64,000 bases of DNA, taken from assembly GCA_964393485.1 (NCBI GenBank), contig CAYMTW010000002.1, positions 9,140-73,139 of the forward strand. Reading direction: 5' to 3'. Source of the DNA: an uncultured Melioribacter sp. (GTDB lineage Bacteria; Bacteroidota; Ignavibacteria; Kapaibacteriales; Kapaibacteriaceae). Below the pieces are notes generated by a model. That model ran no database searches, was not told where the DNA came from, and was given only the letters and a program-made list of their open reading frames with translations. Position 1 is the first letter of the stretch. Each line of letters begins with the position of its first letter. The position numbers and the translations under genes are program-made. Shown here in pieces: positions 48,765-59,029 of this stretch.

Positions 48765-49999
48765 ACAACCGCATCGTGATCGCTTCGGGTAACCGCCATA
48801 AGATCGCCGAGCTTCAGGAGTTGTTTGCAAGCAATGGTCTGCACGACGTTGAACTGGTTGCCATGACGGACCTGGTTGGCGCGGTGGAGATCGAGGAAAC
48901 GGGGCAGACCTTTGAGGAAAATGCATTCATCAAGGCGCACGCTATTCATGTGCTGACGGGGCTGCCCGTGCTGGCCGACGATAGCGGACTGTGTGTGGAC
49001 GTCCTGGGCGGAGCTCCGGGGGTGCGTTCGGCACGTTATGCCGGAGAAGGAGCCAGCGATGCCGACAACCGCGAAGCCGTGCGGCGCGACATGCAGCAGG
49101 CCGGAACGGAACACTCCGCCGGTTGCTTTGTCTGTGTGCTTTGGTACATCGATGATCAGCGCTCGTTCGGCATCGAAGGCATCGTCAACGGTACGGTCCG
49201 CACGCTTGAGCAAGGCGATCAGGGCTTTGGATATGATTCCATGTTCACACCCGAGGGATCCTCACTCAGCTATGGTCAGACGTCATCCCAGGAGAAAGCC
49301 CGCACAAGCCATCGTGCTCGTGCCAGCGCGCAGATGGTGCGTCGTCTTGCAGCGTTGCGGCATGATGAGCCCCCTGCCGATGAGATCGAACATGCGATAC
49401 ACATTGACGATCTCTGCCGGCTATCGGTGGCCGTGGTCCGGCAGGATACGTCCCTGGTGCGCTCGATCGCCGATCGTGCCGCCGATGCCATGCAGGCGCG
49501 ACGCGTAACCGAAGCCCTCCTGCAGTCGTATGTGTTTGCGGGCTTTCCGGCAGCCCTCGATGCCCTTGGATGCGTAGCCGAGTGCTGGAAGGCAAAGGGG
49601 CTTGCCAGCACCGATGGATCTGAAGACTATTCCGTCGACGAGTTCCGGCGTCGGGGCGAAGAGCTCTGCCGCAGCATCTATGGCTCTGTCTATGAGAAGA
49701 TGATGGATCGCTTTGAGAGTATCTCGCCCTCAATGCGATCATGGATGATCATCGAGTGCTACGGCAAGACGCTAAGCCGCGATGGTCTGACTTCTCTTGA
49801 GCGTGAACTCTGCATCGTCTGCATGCTTGCTGCCCTCGAGCGTCCGGCGCAGCTCTACTCGCACGTGCGTGGTGCACTGGCCGTTGGCGCTGACGTCGAT
49901 CGGCTTCGTAGCTGCGAACATATCGTGACCGAACTCTGCGGAACTCATGTTGCGCAGACGCTCGCTGCGACAATCACCTCGCTTGTGTCTGATCGTTGA
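48761..49999 (+). CDS. Fusion protein: non-canonical purine NTP pyrophosphatase (RdgB/Ham1) N-domain plus a carboxymuconolactone-decarboxylase (AhpD-like) C-domain. TTG start.
   Basis: The N-terminus MNNRIVIASGNRHKIAEL...FEENAFIKA...LADDSGLCVDVLGGAPGVRSARYAG...GFGYDSMF matches Ham1. The C-terminal ~190 aa (LLQSYVFAGFP...ELCIVCMLAALERPAQLYSHVRGALAVGAD) is CMD-like. TTGA overlap with the upstream gene. Confidence 0.6.
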   Translation: MNNRIVIASGNRHKIAELQELFASNGLHDVELVAMTDLVGAVEIEETGQTFEENAFIKAHAIHVLTGLPVLADDSGLCVDVLGGAPGVRSARYAGEGASDADNREAVRRDMQQAGTEHSAGCFVCVLWYIDDQRSFGIEGIVNGTVRTLEQGDQGFGYDSMFTPEGSSLSYGQTSSQEKARTSHRARASAQMVRRLAALRHDEPPADEIEHAIHIDDLCRLSVAVVRQDTSLVRSIADRAADAMQARRVTEALLQSYVFAGFPAALDALGCVAECWKAKGLASTDGSEDYSVDEFRRRGEELCRSIYGSVYEKMMDRFESISPSMRSWMIIECYGKTLSRDGLTSLERELCIVCMLAALERPAQLYSHVRGALAVGADVDRLRSCEHIVTELCGTHVAQTLAATITSLVSDR

Positions 50000-50016
50000 A
50001 CGCGGCCCGTTGACGC

Positions 50017-50916
50017 TTAACTACCGGCGTACTTCAACAGAAAGCTGCGCTGCTTGACGAGTGAGGCTGAGCCCCACACGCCCAGTCCTCCGTTGATGTT
50101 GCCCAGGCGGTAATCGTACGAACTGCGCCTGCCCCCTCCGACAAGGTAGAACCACTCGAGGAAGGCCTCATCGGGTGCGTACACGCGCAGCTCGTGCTGA
50201 CCGTACCAGCGGAACACACCCCAGACCGTCTGCGATGTCGTAAATGGCGTAGCACCAAGCGTGGTGCGTTCGTTGGCGATGAGCGTGCCTGAGCGGTCAA
50301 AGAAGTCGGGCTTGGGACGCACAGTACGTTCGTTCGTATCCGCTGTCAGCGGGTTGAGATACTCTCCATATCCAGCCGTATCGAGGCACGTCAGGCCGAT
50401 GATGTACAGCTGTGTCTTTGCAACCGGAGTCCAGGACACCAGAAGTGAATCGTCGACGGCCGTCAGGAGTGAGTCTGGGTGCGGGAACTGGATCCATGTG
50501 CGTGGCGTGGTCGTCCACGAGAACGTCTCTGGCGTGCGCGTCGAAGCCGTGAGCGTTGCTCCGCGTGCCTGAACCACGACGCTGTAGAGGACGTTCGGGA
50601 GCACTCGGTACGTTGTATCGACAGCACGCCATGTGCCACCTCGGTCATCGGGGACATACTCCATCGGCACATCGATCCCGTCGGCTGTCACAGCGATCTT
50701 TGCCTCTGGTAGTGCCGCCCTCGAAAACGAAAATGTATCTGTTACTGGAAGGGTGCGAAGGATACGCACATCCTGAAGGGGCTCGCCCACAAGGAGCAGG
50801 CCCTCGAGCATGATCTCTTCCGTGTAGTCGGTAGGTACGGGGTCTTCGCACCCTACGAACAGCAGGCCGGTAATGATGAAGAGTGAAGACAGCAGCAGGC
50901 GATACGGGGGCTTCAT
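50017..50916 (-). CDS. DUF4249-like lipoprotein encoded downstream of the TonB-dependent receptor
   Basis: Lipoprotein signal with a lipobox (LLFVGC) in [26 protein letters not shown]. Its start codon overlaps the receptor stop. The pairing of a CarbopepD_reg TonB receptor with a DUF4249 lipoprotein is typical of the Bacteroidetes/Chlorobi group. Confidence 0.5.
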   Translation of the reverse strand: MKPPYRLLLSSLFIITGLLFVGCEDPVPTDYTEEIMLEGLLLVGEPLQDVRILRTLPVTDTFSFSRAALPEAKIAVTADGIDVPMEYVPDDRGGTWRAVDTTYRVLPNVLYSVVVQARGATLTASTRTPETFSWTTTPRTWIQFPHPDSLLTAVDDSLLVSWTPVAKTQLYIIGLTCLDTAGYGEYLNPLTADTNERTVRPKPDFFDRSGTLIANERTTLGATPFTTSQTVWGVFRWYGQHELRVYAPDEAFLEWFYLVGGGRRSSYDYRLGNINGGLGVWGSASLVKQRSFLLKYAGS

Positions 50917-53261
50917 CAGAACTTCAGCTCCAGTGAGATCGTAGGGAGAATGGGCAAAAGCCGCACGTCGCGTGCCGTTGGGATTCCTTCGGTTGTCAGG
51001 AAGGACCTGAACCAGATGTCACGACGCGAGTACACGTTGTAGATGTCAAGGAACAGCCGGCACGGCAGGCCGAACATCGTCGTGTTGTAGTTGACGTTAA
51101 GGTTGAGCTGATGCGAGTTCGGCAGGCGCAGGCCCCAGCGCTGCGAAGGGTTGACCATCACCACGCCCCCTTCCCATCCCGGCATGCGTCCGGCAAGGGT
51201 CGATGTTGCTCCGGTGTAGGACTGCCCGGACTGGAACATAAACGACGAGCCGATCTCCCAGTCCTCGTTGATCTTGTACATGGCCGTGATCTTCAGGTCA
51301 TGCCGACGGTCAAACTTCGGTCGGAACCAGTTGCCCAGATTCACGCTGTCGAAGCGCGAGTACACAAAACCAAGGGCATAGCCGATCCATCCCGTGAGGC
51401 GTCCTGAGCGCTTCTGCAGAAAGAACTCAGCGCCATAGGTGTAGCCGTTGCCGACGTAGAAGATATCTGCCACCTGCACTTCACGTCCACGATTACCCTG
51501 CTGCAGCTCATTGATGTTCGCAAGGTTCTTGTAGTACACGTCAACATTGATATCATAACCGTCATACGGACGTGATTCCATCGACAGGACGTAATGATCG
51601 GCCCGTCCCGGCGGCACGGAGCGGTCCGACGGAAGCCAGGTGTCGAAGAACGAGAAGTCCGGTGCCGAAGCAAGACGCAGGTACTGGTGGTAGATGCCCC
51701 AAGCGGCTTTGAGTGCAACGTCTTCCGTGAGCTGATATCGTACGGCAAGGCGTGGGTCCATGAGCCATTGCTCGCTCGAGGTCCAGTAGCTGGCGCGCAT
51801 GCCCCCTTGCAGGGTGATCTCGTCGGTCATATTCCACGTTGTCTGCGCATACATCGCCTGCGTGTTATCCCAGATCTCAAGGCCGATGGTATCGCGGATG
51901 ACGGTGTTGTTCTGTGCCGACTGTTCAAAGAGCTGGATGTATTCGAAATTGTAGATGTTGCCTTCGTATCCACCCTTGACGCTGAAGGTCTCGCCGGCAA
52001 ACCATTCGAGCTCGACCTTTGTCGTGTAGTCGATGATGCTGTTATTGACGGCAAAGGCAATTCCCGAGTTCTTTCCGTCAAAGCTATTGTCGTAGCGGCT
52101 TGCGCTAACAGTGACCGTAGTAAAGAGTGTCGGATCGAAGATGTGCGACCATCGTGCCGAGGTTGCGCGGTTACCGATACGCACGCCAAAGTCCAGGCCC
52201 GGCTGTGAAAAGCCCAGGTTGTCACGCGTCATGAACCCGCTGATCGAAACCTTATCGTCTTCGCCCAGATTCTGGGTGATCTTGGCGTTGAGGTCATAGA
52301 AATTGAAGGTCGGAAAGGGCGATGACGGATCTTCCGGGACAAGTCCCAGCACGAGATCAAGGTATGTGCGACGTCCACCGAGGAAGAACGACCCGTTACC
52401 GAGCGGACCCTGCACCGAAGCGCGAGAGGAAATCAATCCAAGGCCGACGAGCCCTTCGACATGATCGCGGTTACCGTCCTTCTGGGTGATGTTGAGCACT
52501 GCCGACATGCGTCCGCCGAACTCGGCCGGGAAGCCCCCTTTGATGAGATCAACATCCTTGATGGCATCGTTGTTGAATGCCGAGATGAAGCCGAATAGGT
52601 GCGTCGGGTTGTATACCGTCATGCCGTCGAGCAACACGAGGTTCTGGTCCGGCGAGCCGCCGCGAATGAACAACCCAGAAGAGATCTGCGACGACGTCAG
52701 AACGCCCGGCAGCATCTGCAGGGCCCGAAACACGTCGGCCTCGCCGCCGATGCGCAGCTGACTGAGCTGTTCGATCGGAATGTTCACACGCGAGATCGAG
52801 ATCTGTCGCTTGTCTTCCTGACGATCCGCCGTGACCGTGACCTCGCGGGCCTTGGACGTATCGGAGCTAAGTTCGACGCGCAGTTTCAATGCGCCTGCTG
52901 CCACAACGCTCAGAGGAACTTCTTTGCGCTTGTAGCCGACATACGTCACAATGAGCGTCTGCTCGCCGGGCGGAATGTTCGAGATCGAGAAGAAACCTAA
53001 CTTGTTCGTGTAGGCTCCGAGTTTGGTTCCCTTCACCGAGACTGTCGCACCGATAAGGGGCTCTTTGGTCACCGCATCCTGGACGAATCCTGATACGTTG
53101 CCTTTGGTCTTGTCAGCTGGTTCGATGCGCGAACCACCAGCGGCACGCAGCGTACCGGCAATGACAAAAAGTAATGCGAAGACGAAGTGGAGTTTTTTCA
53201 CAGGCGTGCAGATGACGAACGTTTGCAACGAATGTTGCGTTAACGCCCCCACTACGTCCAA
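50916..53261 (-). CDS. TonB-dependent outer-membrane receptor with an N-terminal carboxypeptidase-regulatory-like domain
   Basis: CarbopepD_reg ([37 protein letters not shown]), a plug, and a beta-barrel ending with the C-terminal Phe (...SLELKF). An alternative GTG start at 53201 ([16 protein letters not shown]) would give a more conventional signal peptide. Confidence 0.8.
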   Translation of the reverse strand: MDVVGALTQHSLQTFVICTPVKKLHFVFALLFVIAGTLRAAGGSRIEPADKTKGNVSGFVQDAVTKEPLIGATVSVKGTKLGAYTNKLGFFSISNIPPGEQTLIVTYVGYKRKEVPLSVVAAGALKLRVELSSDTSKAREVTVTADRQEDKRQISISRVNIPIEQLSQLRIGGEADVFRALQMLPGVLTSSQISSGLFIRGGSPDQNLVLLDGMTVYNPTHLFGFISAFNNDAIKDVDLIKGGFPAEFGGRMSAVLNITQKDGNRDHVEGLVGLGLISSRASVQGPLGNGSFFLGGRRTYLDLVLGLVPEDPSSPFPTFNFYDLNAKITQNLGEDDKVSISGFMTRDNLGFSQPGLDFGVRIGNRATSARWSHIFDPTLFTTVTVSASRYDNSFDGKNSGIAFAVNNSIIDYTTKVELEWFAGETFSVKGGYEGNIYNFEYIQLFEQSAQNNTVIRDTIGLEIWDNTQAMYAQTTWNMTDEITLQGGMRASYWTSSEQWLMDPRLAVRYQLTEDVALKAAWGIYHQYLRLASAPDFSFFDTWLPSDRSVPPGRADHYVLSMESRPYDGYDINVDVYYKNLANINELQQGNRGREVQVADIFYVGNGYTYGAEFFLQKRSGRLTGWIGYALGFVYSRFDSVNLGNWFRPKFDRRHDLKITAMYKINEDWEIGSSFMFQSGQSYTGATSTLAGRMPGWEGGVVMVNPSQRWGLRLPNSHQLNLNVNYNTTMFGLPCRLFLDIYNVYSRRDIWFRSFLTTEGIPTARDVRLLPILPTISLELKF

Positions 53262-53328
53262 CGGGGCGAAAAGGTTCCGTTACGTAGTTTTGCACCGCAG
53301 CATTATCCATTCGAGACGACACACCACC

Positions 53329-53676
53329 ATGGCCATCTACATCACCAGCGATTGCATCAATTGCGGCGCTTGCGAACCGGAATGCCCCAATACAGCTATT
53401 TACGAAGCCGGCGCAGAGTGGGAACTTGCCGGTACGCGGCATCAGGACAGTACGTCTCCGGGTGGCTTCAAGGGCGAGTTCTTCTCCGGTGAGTTCTACT
53501 TCATCGTTCCCGACAAGTGCACCGAATGCAAGGGCTTCCATGATGAGCCGCAGTGCGCTGCAGTGTGCCCTGTTGACTGTTGCCTTCCGGATCCGAACAA
53601 CGTTGAGACGGAAGAGCAACTTCTGTCGAAGAAGGACTATCTCGACTCGATCGACACGATCCGCCTGCGCTCGTAA
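53329..53676 (+). CDS. 4Fe-4S ferredoxin
   Basis: The start is at the internal [20 protein letters not shown] (CxxCxxCxxxCP cluster I). A second Cys cluster follows ([21 protein letters not shown]). The upstream extension in the ORF track is rejected. Confidence 0.75.
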   Translation: MAIYITSDCINCGACEPECPNTAIYEAGAEWELAGTRHQDSTSPGGFKGEFFSGEFYFIVPDKCTECKGFHDEPQCAAVCPVDCCLPDPNNVETEEQLLSKKDYLDSIDTIRLRS

Positions 53677-53679
53677 ACC

Positions 53680-55146
53680 ATGTTTGCGGAGATCCACGTT
53701 GAGCGCGGACGCATTCGAGCCGTGCTACCCTGCCTGACGGGAACGATCATCCGTACCGAGACCGACACGTTCACCTATCCGGGCGGCCATGTCTATCCGG
53801 GGCTGGTTGACAACCATGCGCACATTGTGCTGCTCGGCGAGCAGCTGACATTCACGGACTTGAGCTCTGTCGATGGACCTGCAGCTCTACTAACTGCACT
53901 TGCCGACTCATCCCCCATCGATGGATGGCTGCGCGCCACGGGCTGGAACGAAGAGTTCTGGTCTGAACGTCGCCTGCCCTTGCGTGCCGAGCTTGATGCC
54001 ATCACCGGCGACGTGCCCCTTCTTGCCATGCGCGTGGATTCTCACTCGGCACTGGTCAACACGGCCGCCCTCATGCATGCGGGTATCGATCCGACAACGG
54101 CGCCAGAGCTACTGATCGATGACGACCTCGAGCCCGTGTGGGCTGCTCTGCCAGCCCCTTCCCAGGAAACGCTCCGTCAGATGATCGAGCGCGCAACGGC
54201 CGAATGTGCGCGCCATGGTCTTACGGAGATCCACGATCTGCATGTGTTTGAACCCTGGTTGGAGGTCTTCCGCACGATGGCCGAATCCGGACGCCTACCA
54301 GTGCGCGTGCAGTCGTTTGTTGGCGGTCAGACCCGGCAGTGGCAGTACCTCGGACAGCTTCCGGCAGGGGGCGAGCTGTTGCGCGTGTGCGGCGTAAAGC
54401 TCTTTGCTGACGGTGCGCTGGGCTCGCGCGGGGCGCTGCTCTCAGCCCCTTACAGCGATGATTCTACCACGCACGGACGCTGCCTTCTCAGCGCCCGGGA
54501 TATGACCGATATGATAACCGAGATCGTCCAGGCTGGCTGGCCCTGCGTGGCCATTCATGCCATTGGCGACGAAGCCGTGCACAACGTGATCGATGCCTAC
54601 GAAGCCGTGCGCGCACTGCCAGAGGCTGATGATGTGATCTTTCGTCTTGAGCACGCGCAGATCGTGCGCGATGAGGATGTGCCGCGCATCGCTCGTAGCC
54701 GCATCATGGCCTGCGTGCAGCCGACGCATTGCATCAGTGACGCTTCCATGGCCGAGCGTCGGCTTGGTACCGAACGGATCAACTGGTCGTATCGGTGGCG
54801 TTCGCTTCTTGACGCGGGCGTGCACATCGGTGGCGGCTCGGACTTTCCAATCGAATCACCTGATCCGTTAGCGGGCATTGCGGCCTTTAGTGCCCGTGTT
54901 CCCCGTGGACATCACAATGCCTGGCAGGCACACGAGCGCATCACCAGAGCAGAGGCAGTCGATGCTTTTACCTACGGGGCTCATGTGACCTCGGGCATGG
55001 AGTATCGCCGCGGACGTATCGACGTGGGGTATGACGCCGACCTGACGATTCTCGATGTTGATCTACTGGATGAAAGCGCTAGCGCTAACTCGTCCGATCA
55101 TGTCATGGCCACCTTTGTCGCCGGCGTGCGGCGCTTCGAGCGGTGA
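53680..55146 (+). CDS. Amidohydrolase-family metal-dependent hydrolase (Amidohydro_3 / YtcJ-like)
   Basis: The N-terminal metal-ligand motif is YPGLVDNHAHIV (HxH). A TIM-barrel hydrolase pattern with downstream His/Asp ligands follows. It starts 4 nt after the ferredoxin stop. Confidence 0.7.
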   Translation: MFAEIHVERGRIRAVLPCLTGTIIRTETDTFTYPGGHVYPGLVDNHAHIVLLGEQLTFTDLSSVDGPAALLTALADSSPIDGWLRATGWNEEFWSERRLPLRAELDAITGDVPLLAMRVDSHSALVNTAALMHAGIDPTTAPELLIDDDLEPVWAALPAPSQETLRQMIERATAECARHGLTEIHDLHVFEPWLEVFRTMAESGRLPVRVQSFVGGQTRQWQYLGQLPAGGELLRVCGVKLFADGALGSRGALLSAPYSDDSTTHGRCLLSARDMTDMITEIVQAGWPCVAIHAIGDEAVHNVIDAYEAVRALPEADDVIFRLEHAQIVRDEDVPRIARSRIMACVQPTHCISDASMAERRLGTERINWSYRWRSLLDAGVHIGGGSDFPIESPDPLAGIAAFSARVPRGHHNAWQAHERITRAEAVDAFTYGAHVTSGMEYRRGRIDVGYDADLTILDVDLLDESASANSSDHVMATFVAGVRRFER

Positions 55147-56336
55147 GACCAGATCTGCAGCGTCGGTTCAACTCGGGCGTCAGCCCCGAGAGTCATGCGG
55201 CGCTGATCACCGATCTCGAGAGTCAACTTGGCCTGAAGATCGAATTCCGGATCTGCGAGATGCCGATCTTCATCTCTGGCGAGCTTGCCGGCGAGATGTC
55301 ACGGGCGGCGCAGGAGCTTGTCGAAGAGTGTCTCAGCTCCGAGAACAGAGTCCGCTCGGCTTCAACGCTGCAGCAACGCTACACCGTGCCAAACGAGTCC
55401 ACGCGTCCCCTCTTCAGCGTTGTGGACTTTGCCGTCACGATGGACGAGCACGGAGTTTACCTTCCGAGGCTTATCGAACTGCAGGGGTTTCCGTCGCTCT
55501 TTGGCTATCAGCAGCTTCTGGCCGAGTCGTTCATTGGCCACTATCATCTTGACGCCGTCACGCCGTTTCTCTCTGGTATCGACAAGGCACGCTATACAGA
55601 GCTTCTTGCTACGTCGATCTTCGGATCGCATGACCCGGCCGAGGTGGCTCTGGTGGAGATCGACCCGGACACGCAGAAGACACGTCCGGACTTTGTTGCC
55701 ATGGAAAGGCTCATCGGCCTGCAGAGCGTGAACATCCGCAATGTGGTACGTGATGGCAAGGGGCTTGCCTTTACCGACTCGAGCGGACGTCTTCGTCCGC
55801 TGAAGCGGATCTTCAACCGCGCCATCATCGACGAGCTTGATGACCTGGGTGTTGAGCTGAACTTTTCCTGGAACGACGAGCTCGATGTCGAATGGGCTGG
55901 ACATCCCAACTGGTATTTCCGCATCAGCAAGTTTCTGCTCCCCTACCTGAAGCATCCCACCGTTCCGCGCAGCATTGTCGTTGCCGAGCGTCATGCCTGG
56001 AACGAGGACGTACTTCAGCGCTCGGTACTCAAGCCGCTCTACGCCTTTGCGGGCAAGGGCGTCAATGTTGCGCCAACGATGGCCGACATCGAGGCGATCC
56101 CCCACGAAGAGCTCTCGGAGTGGATCCTGCAGGAGCGCGTGCACTACGCCCCCTGCGTGCCCACGCCCGAAGGTGACAACTTCGTCGAGATCCGCATCAT
56201 GCTCATCTGGCCTGATACCGAGACGCGTCCGGTGCCGGTGATGACGCTGGCACGCACCGGGCGCGGCGCGCTCATGGGAGCACGCTACAACGTGATTCAG
56301 TGGACTGGCAGCTCGGGGTGTCTAATCGCCCCGTAA
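55143..56336 (+). CDS. Hypothetical protein, possibly an ATP-grasp-fold amide ligase. GTG start.
   Basis: The 397-aa ORF has no family I can name. The segment VLKPLYAFAGKGVNV resembles the ATP-grasp phosphate-binding loop (KP..GS.G.GV). GTGA overlap with the amidohydrolase stop. The ATP-grasp assignment is tentative. Confidence 0.35.
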   Translation: MRPDLQRRFNSGVSPESHAALITDLESQLGLKIEFRICEMPIFISGELAGEMSRAAQELVEECLSSENRVRSASTLQQRYTVPNESTRPLFSVVDFAVTMDEHGVYLPRLIELQGFPSLFGYQQLLAESFIGHYHLDAVTPFLSGIDKARYTELLATSIFGSHDPAEVALVEIDPDTQKTRPDFVAMERLIGLQSVNIRNVVRDGKGLAFTDSSGRLRPLKRIFNRAIIDELDDLGVELNFSWNDELDVEWAGHPNWYFRISKFLLPYLKHPTVPRSIVVAERHAWNEDVLQRSVLKPLYAFAGKGVNVAPTMADIEAIPHEELSEWILQERVHYAPCVPTPEGDNFVEIRIMLIWPDTETRPVPVMTLARTGRGALMGARYNVIQWTGSSGCLIAP

Positions 56337-56357
56337 CTATCGTTGCAAACTGGCGCG

Positions 56358-58264
56358 TTACTGAGCCAGCAGGGCTTCGATGCGAGTGGTGGCCTCTTCG
56401 AGGAACTGTTCCTCGGGGTGCAGGCCCACTTCCTTGAACTGAATGCGTCCGTCCTTGCCGATGTAAAACTTGGTAGGAATACCCGTGACGCCAAACTTGC
56501 GCACCACGCTGTCGTCCTTGTCCATGAACATCGGAAACGTCAGACTGGTGTTCTTGGCCAGAAAGTCCTTGACGGTCTTGACGCGGTCTTCGCTACGTTC
56601 CCAGACGTTGACAACGGCAATGACCACGTTCGGGTCATTCTTGTAGCGTTCGTAGAGCTTCTGCAGCGACGGAAACGACTGTCGGCACGGTCCGCACCAG
56701 GTGGCCCAGTAGTCGATGATCACGACCTTGCCCTTCCAGTCCGAGATATTCACTGGTGTTCCGTCAAGAAGCGTGAACGTACCATCGATCCCCGGCTGAT
56801 TGAGAAACTCCTGTTGCACACGCTTTGCCATGGCCTTGCGTCCCGACGCACGCAGCTTGGACTCATCTGAAGCGATCTGCGCGCTGTCCTTACCCTGCTG
56901 CTGCTGAATGCTGCGGTAGGCATTGACGATGCCTTGTGACGAGTGTCCGGCAATAATGGCCCTGCGGGTCAGATCGAGAGCTTTATCGGATTTGCCGTTG
57001 GAGCGGTACAGATCGATCAGCATCTCCTGACAATTCTTGTCGGCATCATCACCGGCGATCTCCACACTTTGCTCGAGTGCAGCGATGGCTGCATCGGCGC
57101 GACCGTTGACGCGCTCGATCGCCCCCTTGATGAACATGAGCAGTGAGCGAGCGATGCGCTGCTCTTCGTTCCATTCCGACGGACCGACGTTGCGCGGACG
57201 TCGTGCAGGATCTTCGGCGGCCTTCATACCCACGTCGATCAGGCGGATAGCCTGCGGACGCAGCGTGTCGTTGCCGCCGATGAAGTTGGCCGCCTGGTGA
57301 TACGTCATGGCCGAGGCCGTTGGGTTGTTGTCGAGGAAGGAGATCAGCAGACGAAGCGCCCCTTGCTGGCTTGCAGCCCGCAGCACCGCGTCGGTGATGT
57401 TCTGGCGTGCACTGCTGGCGGGATACTTCTTCAGGTGATCGACAACGCCGGAGATGAACTCTTCCAGACTCTTGGCCTGACTGATCTGTTCGAGCTGATA
57501 CTGTTCGGCAGCGATCGAATTCGGGAACCGCCGTGCGGCGTCTTCCATCACCCGCGAAGCTTCTTCGCCTTTGCTCTGCGCAGCATAGGCCTGAGAGATA
57601 GCGATGGCTTCAACGGGCGATGAGATCTGCATGACCGATGAGGTCAGCTCTCGGTACTTGCCCGTTGCCTCGTGCTCTTCGAGCTCACCGACGGCTTTGG
57701 CGATCATAATGTAGTTGATCTGCGCTACGGCACTTTTCGGGTACAGACGCGATTCGGTGTTAAGCAGGTCGAGAGCTTCGTTGAGGTCTTCCTTCATGCG
57801 GCACGGGGCTGGCAGCTGTCCGAAGCGGGCCATGGCGGCCTTGAGGTTTGCCCCCTCAACGTGGCGCGTGCCATCCGAGGTGACGAGGAATTCCCAAAAC
57901 AGGTCGTTGTTACGGTCATAGGTGCGTCCGTTACCGACCTTGACGATGCCATAGACCACGTCACGGCGCAGCTCGAGTGATCCCGTCCAGCGTCCCGACT
58001 TCTTGCTCAGGGGAATCTCCGCGGCCTGCGGGGCCTCGGCTTCACTTGTGAACAGATACACCACCGCATGCGGATCACCCGCATCGATCATGTCGGCGTC
58101 ACGCTCCTGGGGCGTGTACTCGATGGTGATCGCCTGGCCGACCTTTGGGCTCATCGGCAGCAGCGTCACGGTTCCAGCAAGAGCGGACGTGGCCGTAGCG
58201 GCTGCCATCAGCAGCACCATGGTGAGTTTGCGCACGGAGAATGTCTTTCGGAGATCGAACATAG
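56358..58264 (-). CDS. TPR-repeat / thioredoxin-fold (TlpA-like) fusion protein, exported
   Basis: The start is at the internal MFDLRKTF, followed by a signal peptide (LTMVLLMAAATATSALA) and TPR-like helical repeats. The C-terminal thioredoxin domain carries WATWCGPCRQSFP (CxxC). Confidence 0.7.
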
Positions 58265-58300
58265 GTCCAATGGGAATGTGATTTGGATGACCCTCGGCGC

Positions 58301-59029
58301 CTAGCGCACAAGTCCGTAGCCGCCATCGACCACGATAGTCTGTCCGGTGATATAGTCCGAACAACGCGCAAAATACCGCACGGCGTCGACAACGTCAGAG
58401 GCCTGACCGTGCCGTTTCATGGGAATGCGCCCCGTATCGACGAGTGAGGCGTCCGAATCTTGCGCCTCAAGGGGCTGAGCAATCGCCCCGGGCGCTACAA
58501 TGTTCACAGTGATCATCGGGGCAAGACTGCGCGCCAGCGAGTGCGCCAGCGTTGCCTGGGCTGCCTTGCTGGTGTTATACGCTGCGCGGTCGCGCCAGAT
58601 CTCGCGGGCGCCCAGCGAGCCGATCACCACGATGCGTCCTGTCCTCTGCGCCGCGCGGCACTGTTGCTGGTATGCCCGCGCAATGGTTAGCAGCGGCAGA
58701 GTGTTCACGCGCATGGCGCCAAGCAGATCATCCTCATCAAGCTCGTCCACGGGCGTTGCCGCAGGAAACACCCCGACGTTATAGACGACCACATCGGCCG
58801 CACCGAGTTCGTCGCAGAGTCCGTTCATGGACGCCGTCAGTTCATCGGGAATGGTCACATCGCACCGGCGCATCGTACAGCGCACTGTGGTCAGTGACGA
58901 GCGCAGCTCGGTTGCCTGATCGGCCGAGCTGTGATAGGTCAGGCCGACGTCGTAGCCATCGGAGGCAAGCCCCCTGACAATGGCCGCACCGATGCGTCGG
59001 GCCCCGCCGATGACGATCGCTACCGGCAT
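58301..59029 (-). CDS. Short-chain dehydrogenase/reductase, pteridine-reductase (FolM/PTR1)-like
   Basis: The N-terminus VAIVIGGARRIGAAIV carries the GGxRRIG variant of the SDR cofactor motif typical of pteridine reductases. The YxxxK active site (YNTSKAA) is present. It is adjacent to ygfZ. Confidence 0.55.
   Translation of the reverse strand: MPVAIVIGGARRIGAAIVRGLASDGYDVGLTYHSSADQATELRSSLTTVRCTMRRCDVTIPDELTASMNGLCDELGAADVVVYNVGVFPAATPVDELDEDDLLGAMRVNTLPLLTIARAYQQQCRAAQRTGRIVVIGSLGAREIWRDRAAYNTSKAAQATLAHSLARSLAPMITVNIVAPGAIAQPLEAQDSDASLVDTGRIPMKRHGQASDVVDAVRYFARCSDYITGQTIVVDGGYGLVR

Noticed and set aside
53023-53328. Upstream 102-aa extension of the ferredoxin ORF
   Set aside because: The ferredoxin fold starts at [15 protein letters not shown]. 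The extension overlaps the TonB-receptor start region on the opposite strand and has no conservation signal.
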